Positions 15,057 to 36,053 are shown, counted from the stretch's first letter. The stretch: DNA of 64,000 bases from Chrysomallon squamiferum (GCA_012295275.1 CM022679.1:3410001-3474000), one strand, 5' to 3'. Numbers and translations are program-made. Notes: generated by a model from the sequence alone, not told the origin.

Positions 15057-15832
15057 ATAAAGACGACAATGATAATGAAAAGAAAAACGAGAGAGAAAAC
15101 GAAGTATAAAAGAAGAACATAAAGAAAAGAATGTGTGATAAACAGTAATAAATAAAGAAGATTAATGAATCATTTTGAAACTCTCCCCGAAAAACAACAC
15201 AGTAATAACAACAACAACAACAACAACAACAACAGCAACGACTACCAAATAAACAAATACTGCTTCTAGTACTGCAACTCATCAGTACTATATATATATA
15301 TATATATATAAAATGATAATTTAGTTTTTCTTTGTGTGAATGTATAATAAAATAAAACAAAAATAAACTAAATAACCAAACTTTAGAGGTATATTTGTTA
15401 AAAATTTAAGAACAGAGCATACATATTTATATTTTTAATCCTTTACAAAACGAACAAAGAAAGAATTTTAGTTTTTAAGAAAAAAGAAAAAAGTCATTGC
15501 TTTGTTTTGAAATCTTTGAAATCAATATGTTCAACAGCTGCAAATACTAACCTACATTTTCAGTGATATTAATATTAGAGCATATTATGAAAAGAAAACA
15601 CGTTAAGACACAAATTTATATGTTAAATCGTTTATAGTGCATCGCTATTTATGAAACTATATGCTTCAGAATAATGCTTTGTCTTATCTGCTAATTAATT
15701 TGAACAGAGTGTTGATGATTTTGATGTAACACTGCATCGCTTCGTGATTACAGAATGATAAAAACATGAGCAAACATTTATATTATACGCTCGCGGAATC
15801 GTGTAATTATGTCTTGCAGCTCCTATTATCTC

Positions 15833-15866
<34 letters not shown>

Positions 15867-15924
15867 AATAATAATAGTAAAATTATGAAGAAAAAAGATT
15901 TTAAAATCCTTAAATTTTGTTTAC

Positions 15925-16071
15925 AACGCTACTCCTACTATTACTACTACTACAATTACTACTATTACTACAACTACTACTACTAGTCCTACTACTACTA
16001 CTACTACCACCACCACCACGACTACTATTACTACTACTACAATTACTACTACTACTACTACTACTGTCACG

Positions 16072-16107
<36 letters not shown>

Positions 16108-16130
16108 GCTGCTACTACTACTAATACAAT
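15925..16130. repeat. (CTA)n microsatellite tract
   Basis: An imperfect (CTA)n run is visible and produces spurious poly-L/poly-S ORFs. Confidence 0.85.
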
Positions 16131-16139
16131 AAATAACGA

Positions 16140-16602
16140 AGAAGGGAAACACGCTCCCCCAAGAACACCATCAACGTTCGGAAAAGAAAAGCGCGAGGGA
16201 CAAAGCCGCTGCTTACTGGACTAGTAGAAATACGAATCCTCACACAGTCATTATCTCGGGCCCTAATCCCACACCCATTCAGTCGCTGTCGTGCTAGCAA
16301 CCACAAAACGACATAAAATATACCTGCACCGACTTGAGGAAACATGTATTAATCTATACAATGGAGAGTTCACTGAGAAGGTGGGCGCTATAAAACATAA
16401 CCGCGGTAATGAATGCGATATCACGGATACGCAATAGCTTATATAACGTGACTTGTTGACAGGCTGTTGGTTGTGTTAAAATGTATCAGAATAAACACTG
16501 AGATTATATGTTTTGCCGTAGACTGAAGAGCATGCTAATTTGGACGAGGAGAAAGTGTAGTCGTTTGGACTGAATTCCTTAATAACCTGTTGTATATTAC
16601 AA
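16140..16602 (+). promoter_or_regulatory. Candidate proximal promoter and non-coding first exon of the NWD-like gene
   Basis: A CpG-rich island contains TATAAAA at 16389-16395. A donor gtaagc at 16603 could splice to the acceptor before 16815. Confidence 0.4.
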
Positions 16603-16839
16603 GTAAGCATAGGTATTGTGTTTGAAAATTGTAATATTTTAAAATTATATGTGTGAGGTATATTACCCCACATTTCATGGATTATGCTAGTTAGTGCAAA
16701 CCAGTATATCTATCTGTCTATCGATCTAACTATCTGGCTATCTAAAACTATATAAATGTGTTCAAATTTCTAAAACTAATTAACATATGACTTCTCTTTT
16801 TTATACTTTTCTAGGATTATGAACTTCTAGAAAACCAAG

Positions 16840-16965
16840 ATGTCAAAGATTAAGTTATCTGTGAAGAAAGGTAATGAAACATACAAAGGTGGAGAAAAAC
16901 TTCAATACTAACAGTTACAAAATGATAAAATAAATATATAAAAATTATACAATAAAAAATATATA

Positions 16966-17007
<42 letters not shown>

Positions 17008-18429
17008 CATCCATCCATCCATCCATCCATCCATCCATCCATCCATCCATCCATCCATCCATCCATCTATCTAACATTATGACATAATAAAATAATTTAT
17101 AATTATATGTTTTTAAGGAGATGTTTCTGTAAAGCCACTGTACAAAGACATGGAGACCAAATTTGATTCCATGTTGGAGGGCAACCTTGAAAACCTTCCT
17201 CCATTGGCAAGGTCAACTGTCAAGATTTTTGTCAGCTCAACTTTTTCAGGTAAGTTACTGAAATGGTCATTATAAATATGTCTTGAAGACACTTTATGTG
17301 TTTAAGAGTTAAGCATAAATATTAGAAATTTGGTACACTGTACTTAACTTAGAATTTAATTATATTCAACATCTAGGGTATGCTTTATTTGAAGATCATT
17401 TTTTTTCAGCATTTTAGGTTAATGGTGTTTTTTATTTTTTATTTTTTTTTATTTTTTATTTTTTATCAAATTAAGTATAGTTTAATGTGAATTGATTAAC
17501 AAACAAAACATAACATTAATACCTATACACATACACACAAATATGAAAACTGTATGCATATGTGTTGAGGTATATTAGAGTTATGTGTATATGTTTATGT
17601 TTGTGCGTGTGTGTGTTTGTGTTATCTCTAATTCATTTTGACTCTGAACTGGTTAATACAACAGAGATCAAAAGAAGAAATATTAGTTGAATTAAAAACT
17701 CCCTGATTTTCTAAAATAATGTGTAAAGATTCTACAAAGAAAAATCATTATGAAGTTTTATACCAGTTCTGATTAAATGCAGATATTACAAGTTACCAAC
17801 CTTGAAAATTATAACTTAAACAATGCAGAAATATATTTAATAATTAGTAAATAATTAGTAAAACTAATTCTGTTTTTAACTGTAATGGAAACAATATTTT
17901 TATTTTTATATTAAAATATGATGACTAACATAATTTAAAAAGATTCATTTCCTTGTCAGAAACAGTAGCTCAGTCTGAATAGACTTTTGAACATCCACAA
18001 AAAAATACAATAAAAAAAGAGTAAAAAATAATGATAATAATAATAATAACTACCCTTATGGACTTGATTATTTTTTCTCATTTATGAAGTTAAAATACTG
18101 GTTTTAAATGAGGGAAACAGTTTAAACATAATTAAGAATATTAATTAAGAACAGAATACGTTTTAAAATTGATGTAATAATTACATGACAGCTCAGTCAG
18201 AAATGAGCTTTTGTTTTCCTCTTCTTCACATAATATTTTATATCAGTAAGAAAATTTCATATTAGTTCTTCAAGAAACAACTACTACAACTGTGTTTGAT
18301 ATTTATTTTTATATTGCAGCTTCACTCCAAAATGTCCTTCATTTAAACCACATGTTGTTACCCAAACTTTTGATTTTGAATTTGCTTTTAAAAAAAACCC
18401 CAAAATTAATAAACAAATAATTATAGTAA

Positions 18430-18464
<35 letters not shown>

Positions 18465-21400
18465 AGTGAAAGAAACTACTCCTCAAATGATAAGACAAGC
18501 ATAAAATAAAACAAACAAAACAACAAAAACAACAACAACAATAGCCCTCCAAAAAAACACACCACAACAGTAAAAAAACAGAACAGGAAATAACAAACAT
18601 CTACAATAATAACACATTAAAAGAAGGAAAAGAAAAAAGCAACAAGAAGAAAAACTGACAAAATGTAACTGAAGTGCATTCTTTCACCTTTCATTTGCCT
18701 GTCATTTATTTTCTTGTAACTAACTGACTCATTCTAGATATGAAAGCTGAGCGCAATGCACTGCTGAGCCATGTTGTTCCAGAGCTGAAGAAATTTTGTT
18801 CTCAACTGGATCTGGATTTCCAGATGGTGGATTTAAGATGGGGCCTTACTGAGGATGTCCAGAATGACCATTCAGCTGAAAAACTTTGTCTGCAGGAAAT
18901 TGAAAACTGTCAAAATGTTTCTCTTGGACCTAACTTTATTGTAAGGTCTAATACATCAGCATTTTCCTTTAAATCATAATCATCACAATCAGTACTGATG
19001 TTACTGCTGTAAAGAGTGTATATATTATGATGATGATCATCATCATCTATTCTATTGTCAGAATTCTTATCATTATCAGTGTCACGATTGTTATCATTGT
19101 TGGTAATATTATCATCATCACTGCTGTTGTTATAATTTTTTCATCTAGTAATTAATACATCAGATTTCTTTTTATATATTTATAAATCTATGAAAAAATA
19201 TAACTTAAAATGTAGTATATTTCTTATGGTGACCTTAAATGCAATATTTATCAATTATAAGTAACTGCAAGAAATTTGAAATATTTATAATATAAATAGT
19301 GTAAGAATGACTAATTCAAAACTTAGCATTACAAAACAGTTTTATTACAGCATCTGATAAATATTAATATGATTATGTAGATTATATGTTAAAAAATATT
19401 AATCATTTATGCTTTTGAATATAAAATCAGTCATATCCATACAAGTCATGAAATTTAGATTTTAAAAACAAATCTGTAAAGAAGGTACTTTCAAATGTCA
19501 ATGTTGACATATGTAAATTGTTTTTTACATTCTTTCCTGCATACATTAATTTGATTCGTTTGGTGTTTTATTACATATACTTATTTTTCTATTTTCTTGT
19601 ATATTTTAAAGTGGGTTGTGCTTAGACGAAGACTCATTTTAAATTATTTCTTACAGAGTATTTTAAGTCACAGATATGGAAGTCAGTGTTTACCGAGTAG
19701 TATCGCTGTGTCTGAGTTTGAAAACTTGAGAGATGAGGCAAAGAGAATGAAACTCGATCAAATCTCACTGCTGGACAAGTGGTACTTGTTAGATGAAAAC
19801 TGTATTCCATCCATGTATGTCTTGCAGGTGAGTGTCCAATTCCATTATATATACATAAACAAACAAACACTCCCCCAAAACCCCTTAAACAACAATTACA
19901 ACTGAAACAAAGGGTAACAACACCACCCGAAACAAAATCTCCCAGCCATAGTTAAAGTACCTTATGATGAACTAACCAGAACAAACTAATAATTTTATTA
20001 TTAATTGTGTCACATTAATTTTTCAGCCAATCAGAAGACATTTCAAATATTTTGGAGACCGGTCTACTGGTGTGGAGGACAAGAGAAGTAACGATACTGC
20101 TGATTGGTGGAAAACACAAACAACATTACAAAACCTGTTGTGTCAGACATCTGAATCTCTCCACAGTGCCAGCAAACTTTCAGCAGTTGAAAAACACAAA
20201 TACTTTCAGTCAGGTAGATTTCTTGTTTTTTGGCTATAAATAATTTTGACTGTGATTAACCTCCTGGCAACAACAAAATAAAACTACACAAACACAAAAC
20301 AAAACCAGACAGCAGGGTAAAATAGTTTTGAAAAAAGAAGCAAACAAAAGAAGAAAAAATAAAACACTGTTAAAAATAATAGAACATTAATAATAAAATA
20401 TAATAACAATAATAAAAAAATCAATCATAGTTTATTTATAAAAATACTGTTATATTTTATTTGATATTTTTTCTTTCATAAATAATTTTTTGTTGTTGTT
20501 ATGAGATACAAAGGAGAATGCTTTGTTATCAGTTTAAAATATTGTTTCAGTTACTGAGCACGAGATTGAGAAAGGGATTTTCCAAGTGAAAAATATTCAG
20601 AACCATGCTCTGTTTTACCATCGATGTCTCACTGGGCTCAGCAAGAAGACAGTAAATGAAGAGAATGCTAATAAATACATTGCAGTGACAGAGAAAAATG
20701 GAGAGGTAATAAATTAGTTCTTGACATGTATGTATTTGCATTTGTAATTCTTAAGGCACCGTTTTTTTTTAAACTATTACTTTTGTTTGCTGACATAAGC
20801 AAAGTAAATGCTATATAATTAAAGCTGATGCTTTTAACAAAAATATTTAATAATTTACTGATTGATTATTTTATTAATATTATAATTCAGATTCTTTTCA
20901 TGTTTATTTTTTTCTGAAACATCTCATTTGTCTAATGATTGTTAATTCCATTGCTCTTTACAAACACTGTAATTGTTTCTTGTCATTATATTATTTGTTG
21001 CAGACTGTCATCAATCAGAAATTGGCTGACTTCATTGAAAACTGTGTGAAGAAAGCTAAGAGTAAACTAGGTGAAACCAACAGCCAGACTCTGACCACAG
21101 TGTGGAAACCAGGAGGAATTAATCCACAGATACATTTAGAACATACTAAGTACATCAGAGAACTTTGTCAATTGATTGTATCAAAAATTACAGCTCTTGT
21201 TATCAAAGCAACATCAGACAGAAGTGCTCTGATTCGAGTGAGTGAATACTACAGCGATCTAGATGAGATTGTTCATCATCTGAGGTTTTGTAATGAAAAA
21301 TGTGAAGCCTTCTGTGGACAAAGCAAGATTCTGAGTAGTGTGAAAGACTATATTTTTGACACATCAGTACGATTTCCTTTAATAATTCATGCAGATTCTG

Positions 21401-24400
21401 GCGCTGGGAAAACGTCTGTAATGGCGATGGTGATGAAAAAACTGTCCTTTTGGACAAAAGGCGAATATGTTGGTGTAATTCGATTCCTTGGCACATCACC
21501 AGAGTCTATCAACATCTACGATGTGCTTTTCGGTGTGTGCGGGCAGCTGGCTGATGCTGCAGATCTCATCATGGAGCCAGTGGGATATAAAAATATAGAA
21601 AGCTTGGCTGAATATATGCCACGATTTCTTCGCAATGTTGCAAGCACACTAAAGAAGCCTATTGTAATTATTCTCGATTCCATCGACCAGCTATCATCAG
21701 AATCTGATGCACATTCCATGTGGTGGATGCCCACTGCTCTTCCAGCAAATGTAAAACTAGTTATTTCAACCTTGCCAAAAGAACACGGAATTCTAGATAA
21801 CATCAAGAAAAAATTACCAGCAGAACATAATGGCCAACTTTTATATCTACAAATTCCTCAGCTTCCTCAGTCTACTGGCGAAAAGATCATGAAGAAATTT
21901 CTGAATCTGAAAAAACGCACTCTCACTCAACAGCAGTTTGACTTGCTGCTTACAACATTTGCTAAATGTGCATATCCACTCTATCTAAAATTGTTGCTTG
22001 ATGAGGCTGTTAAGTGGGGATCCTATACACCAGCAGGAGAACTGGCTGAGAGTTTAGCACCGTCTGTCCAGGCAGCAATAAATCTTCTATTTGACAGACT
22101 GGAAAAGAAGTTTGGTGTGGTGCTTGTGAAGGGCGCGCTTGGTTACATTACTGTCGGTCTCAATGGTCTTTCTGAGATCGAACTAGAGGATGTACTGTCT
22201 TGTGATGACACTGTATTGGATGACGTGTATGCCTTTCATGATCCTCCATCGGAAGGAATTGTTAGAATTCCATCAATGCTTTGGGCCCGAATTAGGTTTG
22301 ACATAAGAGAATATCTCGTTGAAAGGTTATCAGAGGGAAAAACAACTCTTTGCTGGTATCACAGACAGTTTGTGGAAACAGCCAGAGATCGTTATGTTCA
22401 CGGCAAAAACAGCCAGTTTCTTCATCATACATTATTTGATATCTACTTGGCTGAGGGTGGAATTAAAAAAGATATTTTCCTTTCAAAGCGAAATAAACTT
22501 ATTTCAAGTGCAGACAGGCAAGTTACCTCACAACCACTGACAACTGAAAATCTGAGAAAGCTCAAATGTTTAACTTATCATCTCATTCATGCTTCTCTTT
22601 ACCTTGAAAGTAGCAAGGTAAAGGAACATGTTTTCTGTAATCTGAAATTTTTGTGTACCAAAATATCTGCCTTGTCAACAAACCACGTTGTAAAAGATAT
22701 GGATATGTATTTGGATAAACTTCCAGATGAAGAGATAACTGAGATCAGAAACTTTTTACGAGATAACAGAAATAACTTGAAAAACTCTGTTATCTTGGCA
22801 AGCAGTTTGCTTGGATACATCAGTCCCAGATCAGATAAAAAATACATCGTTCGACTACTTCAAAGTGCGAAAGCATTTTTGTTGAGCCAGAAGAAACCAA
22901 TCCTAGTTCCTACTTTTGCATGTTTGGCGTCTACAGCAGTCGAGTCTGTTATTATTGGAGGATATTGTTCTGTACTCTGCATTAACGATAACAAACTGTT
23001 GCTGCATGGCAATGCTTTGGATGATTTAGACAGATATGCCCATTGGAAACTTGCGAATGGTGCTCAGAAAACTGAACAATTAGCTACCTATCATTTGGAT
23101 TCACATTCCATTCAGAAAATGACTTCTGAATTCACTCCGTATCTTGGCTTATTGTTTGATCTTCAGCTTAACAAGAAATCAATTAAAGATTCGTACAAAA
23201 CAATCCTTCAGAATTCGTTGTTGACTCATGCTGTTAGTGCATCAAGGTTATTTGCTTGTATTACGTGTTCTCACGGAAACGTATTTCTACTCAAAGTACA
23301 TTCAGATAAACAGAATGGATTTCAGTGTTTAACTCACTTGAAAACGAGCTCTGATGTTTCCATAGTGGACATCCATTGTGCGGATGGAGATGACAGTGTA
23401 TCTGTTATGGCTGTATGTCGCTCAAATAAAGAAGAAATACCAGACCAAGTCCTGATTTGGAGAGCACACTCTGATGGATTCTTTGATAACAAGTCAAGTG
23501 ATCCTGTTAGTGTGCTGTCAAAATACACAACCAAAGATGCATCAAGCATTTTTGAAACCCAGTCTCTTATTCCAAAAGCCGAAGTCGCTTTGCAAGAAAG
23601 ACCTGAAAAGCGATTGTCGTATTATTCGGGAGAAAATTTATTTGTTTGTGTTTGCAGCAATGGTAATGTGGCAGTTATTGATGTTGACATCGGTGAAGTA
23701 TCTAGATCTATGCAAGTTGGAAGAGTTCAGAATATCTGTGGCTCAGGGAAATTGATGCTAATACATAACGATAACGGTCTAAAACTGTTTGACATAACTG
23801 ATGGGTCTGTCATATGTACCATGTCGACAGTACAAGAAATCACTTCTGTGAATGTTTTGTGGGAGGACAAAATTGTTCTGACTGGCCATTCAGATGGCTT
23901 GGTTACTGCATTAAATGTGAACACTGGTGAAAGAATGGTTACCATTCCAGTAATCAGTTTCTGTGTGAGCAAAATACATATCAATAACTTTTATGTTATT
24001 TTTGCATCAGATATGCATAGTATATGCATTCTAACCAAGAAGTACATCCTGGAACAATCAAAACTGACATCAGATAAAACCTGTCTCGGCGGAAGCACTA
24101 TCAATGATTTTTGTTTTACACAAAATGGTCAGAATATTGTTACATCGACTTACGGATGTCTACGAATTTGGTCACTCGACGGAAGTTTAATCAGAGAATT
24201 TCCAGCCGAAGGGAGACTCTATAACTTGTACAAGGGTCCCAATAACATGGTGCTAGGCTTTGATAAGGTAAAAGGCATTTTGAACATAACAGATATAATC
24301 ACTGGAACTAATATGTTCGGTGATTTGCTGACAAATGTCATTGCTCTTACGCTGAATGATAACAAATCCAGTGCTTATGCACTCTGCATGGATAAGAATC

Positions 24401-25594
24401 TTCTACTTTATCATATAGATATCAAAACCGGGCAAACGAAGAAACTGTTTGCTTTTCTAAAGAATATTATCTTTGAAACTGTGTCGATAACGTTATCTGC
24501 ATCAAACAGGTATCTAGTTGTTCAAGTTGGCTGCACGGAGAAAGATTACGATTCAGTGAAAGCAATGTGGAAGAAAGGTGGACAGTATCCAACTCAGCCA
24601 CACCCACACAAATTCCTGGCAGTTGATCTGACTCAGACGTCTGGTCTTCTCTTCAGTTGCCTCAGACCTCTGACAAAGATTCCTCATCTCGGGATCCTGT
24701 GTGCACCTTACAGGGGAAATGTGGTTCTGTTGACAGTTAAAAGACATGTGATATTCTGGGATATTCCGACAGGAAAATGTGATCAGTGGATGTCAAAGGG
24801 AAAAAAGCTGGTGATGTTCTACAGAGCTGACTGGACAGGAGGTGACAAATGCTCAGGAGCCAACACCTGTTTGGTTCTGTCCAAAGACAATACGTTTATA
24901 GCCGTGGGTTCTGAGGATGGTTACCTCTTTATTTACAGTTCAGAGACTGGACTACCTGTAGGACTGAAGGCACCTTCGACAAGACATCCGTCAATGGTAC
25001 ATTTAAGAAACAAAAATATTTATATTCTTATATATGTAAAGCTGCTTACTTTAGCTGCCTGTCAGAAAATTCGTTTAGAAACAATTGTTTAGACATTAGG
25101 ACAAGAATCTTTAAAAGTCAGCTTATACATTTTTATTCTTTTTTTTTTATATTTTATTTTTAATTCATGAATTACCTTTCTTACTTAATAAATTTACTTC
25201 TCGTTTGCTTTCTGATAATAAAACAATTTATCACAAAATGCCACATAAAGAAACACTCCAGAAACGACAAAAGCAAACAAAGCAATATACAAAATAAACA
25301 AACAACATTCCATACTGAAACTGCTTAATATTAATTTTGTTTCTTTCTCTCTTCTTGTTTCAGGTAACACACGCAGCAATAGCACCCAGCAGTAAATTCG
25401 TGGCCTCAGTTTGTCACAGCGGGGTTCTGAAACTGTGGAATCCCAAGGCAGGGGTAGAGGTTTTCAGCATTCAGCTTGGTTCCAGTATCAGGAACCTAGA
25501 ATTTACAGCAGATTCTCGACACTTAGTCGTTTGTACTTCTCCCCCAGAACAAAAACTTTTCATGTTCTTCATCCATGATGGAAATGCAGTATAA
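16840..25594 (+). CDS. NWD2: NACHT and WD-repeat protein, NWD1/NWD2-like (DUF4062 + NACHT + WD40), ~1700 aa; exons 16840-16870, 17118-17249, 18738-18940, 19657-19827, 20027-20213, 20551-20705, 21004-24996, 25364-25594
   Basis: Family motifs are present: [61 protein letters not shown], Walker [18 protein letters not shown], Walker [28 protein letters not shown] and WYHRQF. WD-like repeats lie near the C-terminus. All junctions are GT-AG with consistent phases (5103 nt including stop). Exact orthology (NWD1, NWD2 or a lineage-specific paralog) is not resolved. Confidence 0.9.
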
Positions 25595-26028
25595 CTGTTT
25601 TATAAACAATGTTTGTACTGTCTAACGCAAAGAATCAACAACAAAACTCCATATGACAAAGATACAGCTGTTTACAATTAGTAATTACGAACTTTTGGTT
25701 ACGAATATTTATATTTTTTTATTCATTAATGATAATATATTTATTCTGTTTATAAATATTGAAAAATAAAGTTTTCTTCGGTTACAACGTTATTTTTAGG
25801 TTTATGAAATAATATATATATATATATATTTATTAAATTATTAATACAACATTTCACATCAAAGTCCTTGTGTGAAGCGCTTCGTATGATTTATGAATCA
25901 TCTCTCTCTCTTTCTTTATATACCTATCTATATATCTGTCTGTCTGTCTGTCTGTCTATGTATCTATCTTTATATATAGATAGATAATCAGATAGTATAT
26001 AAAGAAAGAGAGAGATACACACCCATAA

Positions 26029-26069
<41 letters not shown>

Positions 26070-26479
26070 GTGTATCCCGTCACAGCCAATACGCCTGCAC
26101 CAGGTTACAAAAGGTCCAATTGTGTTTGTTTGTACCCGTGTATTACATATGTACTATATATAAAATGGGTGGAAAACAGCAAAGCAAATTGGAAAATAAA
26201 TAAATTAAAAAAACATTCCGGGGTGTTGGTACAGAATACAACATTCAGGTCATTATGTTTAATATTTTTAGCATCCCAAGTAGCCACACCTTCCCCACAT
26301 TTTACTTCATACCCTTCCCAAGCTTTTGTGTCGAAATTTAACAAACCGAACAGGCATAGCAGGTTTACCTTGAGAAAAGATTTCTTTTGTATTTCTCGAC
26401 TGGTAAAACTCGTTGTAGGTCAAAATTCACCTTGCTTCATTCATTTCTCTGTATGGCGCGTTACTGTAGTCAGTGACAT

Positions 26480-26630
26480 AGCGAAACACAACGTTCTGAC
26501 GATTTATAGTGCAAGCTGACATGGATGGCCGCGTATTGTTGACGACGTCAGTAAAGATGTATCTGTAAACGATAAAGAAGAAGTGGAAAACAGGGAAACA
26601 ATAATACCGGTCAATTTCTTCTATTTTTCG
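26480..26630 (+). promoter_or_regulatory. Candidate promoter and non-coding first exon of the SLC5A7-like gene
   Basis: A CpG-containing island has TTTATAG at ~26503, a CRE-like GACGTCA at ~26544 and a donor gtaagt at 26631. An acceptor lies at 28401, just upstream of the ATG. Confidence 0.4.
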
Positions 26631-28103
26631 GTAAGTACAATTTGAGTTACTTACTTTTTCTCTTATTTAATGCATTTGTCTGCTTACTTCTGTTAGAACT
26701 GGGCTGAAGAATAATAATGACAGGCGAATGTTGTGATTTTAAAAATAGCAACACCTATCGTCAACAAAAGCCCGAATACAGGAGGAAGGCCTTGATAAGA
26801 GGTAGTGAGTGAAGATGTACTTCGATTCTGTGTTTAGTGGAATCTTATAATCCTCGTTAAATTAGATATGTAATTTGCTAATTTGAAAACAAAAAAAAAG
26901 TTGTTGGTAGAATCGTAAATGTACATGAAAAATGAAAGATAAACAACAAAATTAAAACAATAACAATAAAAAAAAAATAGTGAAACGAAATAATTAAAAA
27001 TGTAAAAACTTATAAATAAAATGTAAAAAATGAATCCGGATATAATTAATAAAAACATGAAAATTATGAATGAATGAATAAAAATGTAGATTTAATCGTG
27101 AGGTGATTTATATTCTGATGATATTAATGATTTACAGTGTCGAGTTTAGGTAGAATAGTGACAAAAATAACAAACATTTCTCAAAACAAGTCCTGTCAAA
27201 ACACAGTCTTAATATAAACGTGTTTCCTGAAACCGAACAAAAAAAAAAAAAGTGTTTGTAAAACTTAAAACTAATTTTTCGTAAAAGTGAAAACTACATT
27301 AACTGTTTTTGTTTTATAACGAAATGTGTAATTTGATATTTAGAGCGTATTCTCAGTTACCCAGTATAATTATTTTTTTCGACGTCGGATCGACATTTAA
27401 AACATTATTCACATATGATGAAATGGTTGTTGACTCATTCGGGATGAATAAAATAAACATAATGTTACAAGAATATCATTAACTAATGCTTTAACAGAAA
27501 GGAGAGAGGGAGTGAAAGCCGCTGTTCAGCTTACACCCTCTGTGTACGTGAATAGTTAGATTGTTTCACAATTCGGTAACCTTAAAGGCTTCTCAGTTCT
27601 GTTTAGTATAACGCAATACTATGAAATTTAAAAAAAAAAAGAAAAAAAAAAAAAGAAAGAAATAAAACTGGTAATTCTTCATAATGAAATAAAGCATTAT
27701 ATATTTAAAACTGCCGAAAGAAATCACTCTCTATAAGTATGCGTAGATCTGACCTGCTTTTACCCGTTGTTGTCGATTTTTACCACACCCGATCTCATTC
27801 AACGCCCTTTTTTTTAATTGCTTGTGAAAGTAAACAATGAAAAGGCATTTATCGTTTTCATGAGGCATAATCCAATACGACAAGGTAATTAAATTAATAC
27901 ATATTTTTTTTTTCGTATATTATTAATAACTGTTTAAGGTTCTGACTGATAGTGAAAAGTCGTTTGTTTAAAAGCAACAATGATGTACTTTATTTATATA
28001 TAAACAACGATCATATTTCATAAAAATCATTTTATTACTCAAAATAATTTAAATCTCCAGTGAAAAGAAGAAGTCTTTGTTCTGTAAAAATGCTTTTCTA
28101 ATG

Positions 28104-28245
<142 letters not shown>

Positions 28246-28431
28246 TATATATGTATACGTACATGTATGTATATATGTGTGTATGTGTGTGTGTATTTGT
28301 TTGTGTCTGTATTTAAGGGTATATGTTTAGATATTGTTGTTACTGTTATCATTGCCACTATTGCTGTTACTACTCACAGAAAATCTTAATATTGTTTTCA
28401 GGTAATCTGGAAGTGATTAAAACACTTCAAA

Positions 28432-34601
<6,170 letters not shown>

Positions 34602-35743
34602 CACCAGTGACATACATCAACGAGTTCCTATTAGACGCGGTTTTAGATTTGTGTTGAAGATAAATCATACGAAAAGACACATCGTTAGATGACAAAATTA
34701 TCCTAAGATAAGAAAATCAAATGATATTTGAGCTAATTTTATATTATAATAATAATAATAATATTTCTGATTACAATAATAATAATAATAAAAAAATAAA
34801 GAGATAGATAAATAAATAAATAAATAAATACAAGAATGAAACACACAAAAAAACACAAAAAAACCCCACAGTAACTACTGAATCACTTCATATGGAAAGA
34901 AAATCAACTGTAAGCTAATATTCATAAGAAAACTTTACATAGCCTGATATCCTCGTTAATGTTTTGTGCTATACTTGAAATATAAAGTCGTTGATCGTTG
35001 AATAGTTAAGAAATAGTGTCTTATCGCATTCTTAGGGTTTAATGTAATCTACGCTTAAAACGTCCCTAGGATCGTCGTAAATTGTCAGCAAATAAGGAAC
35101 AAATCTGTGTGGATGTATTATTATGTTCGATGTATACTGGATAAAATGAAAAGAACAGTTATTTCATTTAGTAATGTTGTTAGTTTTTATTTCTAAACAG
35201 CTTGAAAAAACACATCGTGTTCTGAGTGAATAGTAAATAAATTTGAATTTAGATTAAGATAAAAATGGACATTTTTTTGAAAATGTGTTGATAATACACA
35301 AGCATTTGCTTTCAAAACAAAATACATTCGAATTATTTAATTGATTGATAGCAAGTGTTGTAAAGGTAAACACAACTAATGACAAGATGCAGTGTTATTT
35401 AATTATATAATTTTTCTTCAAACACAATACGAAGTAAATTAATATTTAAAAACATTACTTTTATTTTTATTATTATTATTATTTTTTTTTTTTAGCTACG
35501 GATTTGAAATAAATACATTAAAGCTAATAAAAACAACAACAAAAAAGAAAAAAAAAAAAGAAGAAAAAACACAAAAAACAAAAAACTAAACGGAACAACT
35601 GATAATTAATCACATCTATTGACGCAAATCACTGATGCTGTTTGCCAATGAAGTAGAAAACAAGAAACACAAAGTGACCACAAACAAACACAACAACCAC
35701 CTCAGTCTGTTAGTAGACTTTATTTACTTTCAAGCGCAATCGG

Positions 35744-35975
35744 CTACTTGGGAACATTAATACACGCATTGACATCCGGGCTGAAAACTAAAGATTTATC
35801 ACAATTCATCACATACATTTTGTGTGAGTAGCACTGAATGTATTTAGTGCAGTCATCTGGGTGTACCAGGACGCTGTTGTCTGGTTTATCCAAACAGCTT
35901 AAAACCTGTTTTTTTACATCTGAAAATAGAAATATCTAGTAAAACATATATTGTATATTATTTTATGTGTTTATG

Positions 35976-36053
<78 letters not shown>

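Noticed and set aside
21203-24747. Short antisense and alternative-frame ORFs inside the large NWD exon
   Set aside because: Shadow ORFs of a long coding exon with no recognisable motifs.
20935-25092. The 1385-aa ORF as a stand-alone gene
   Set aside because: Its ends run into intron sequence. The splice sites at 21004 and 24996 join upstream and downstream exons in frame.
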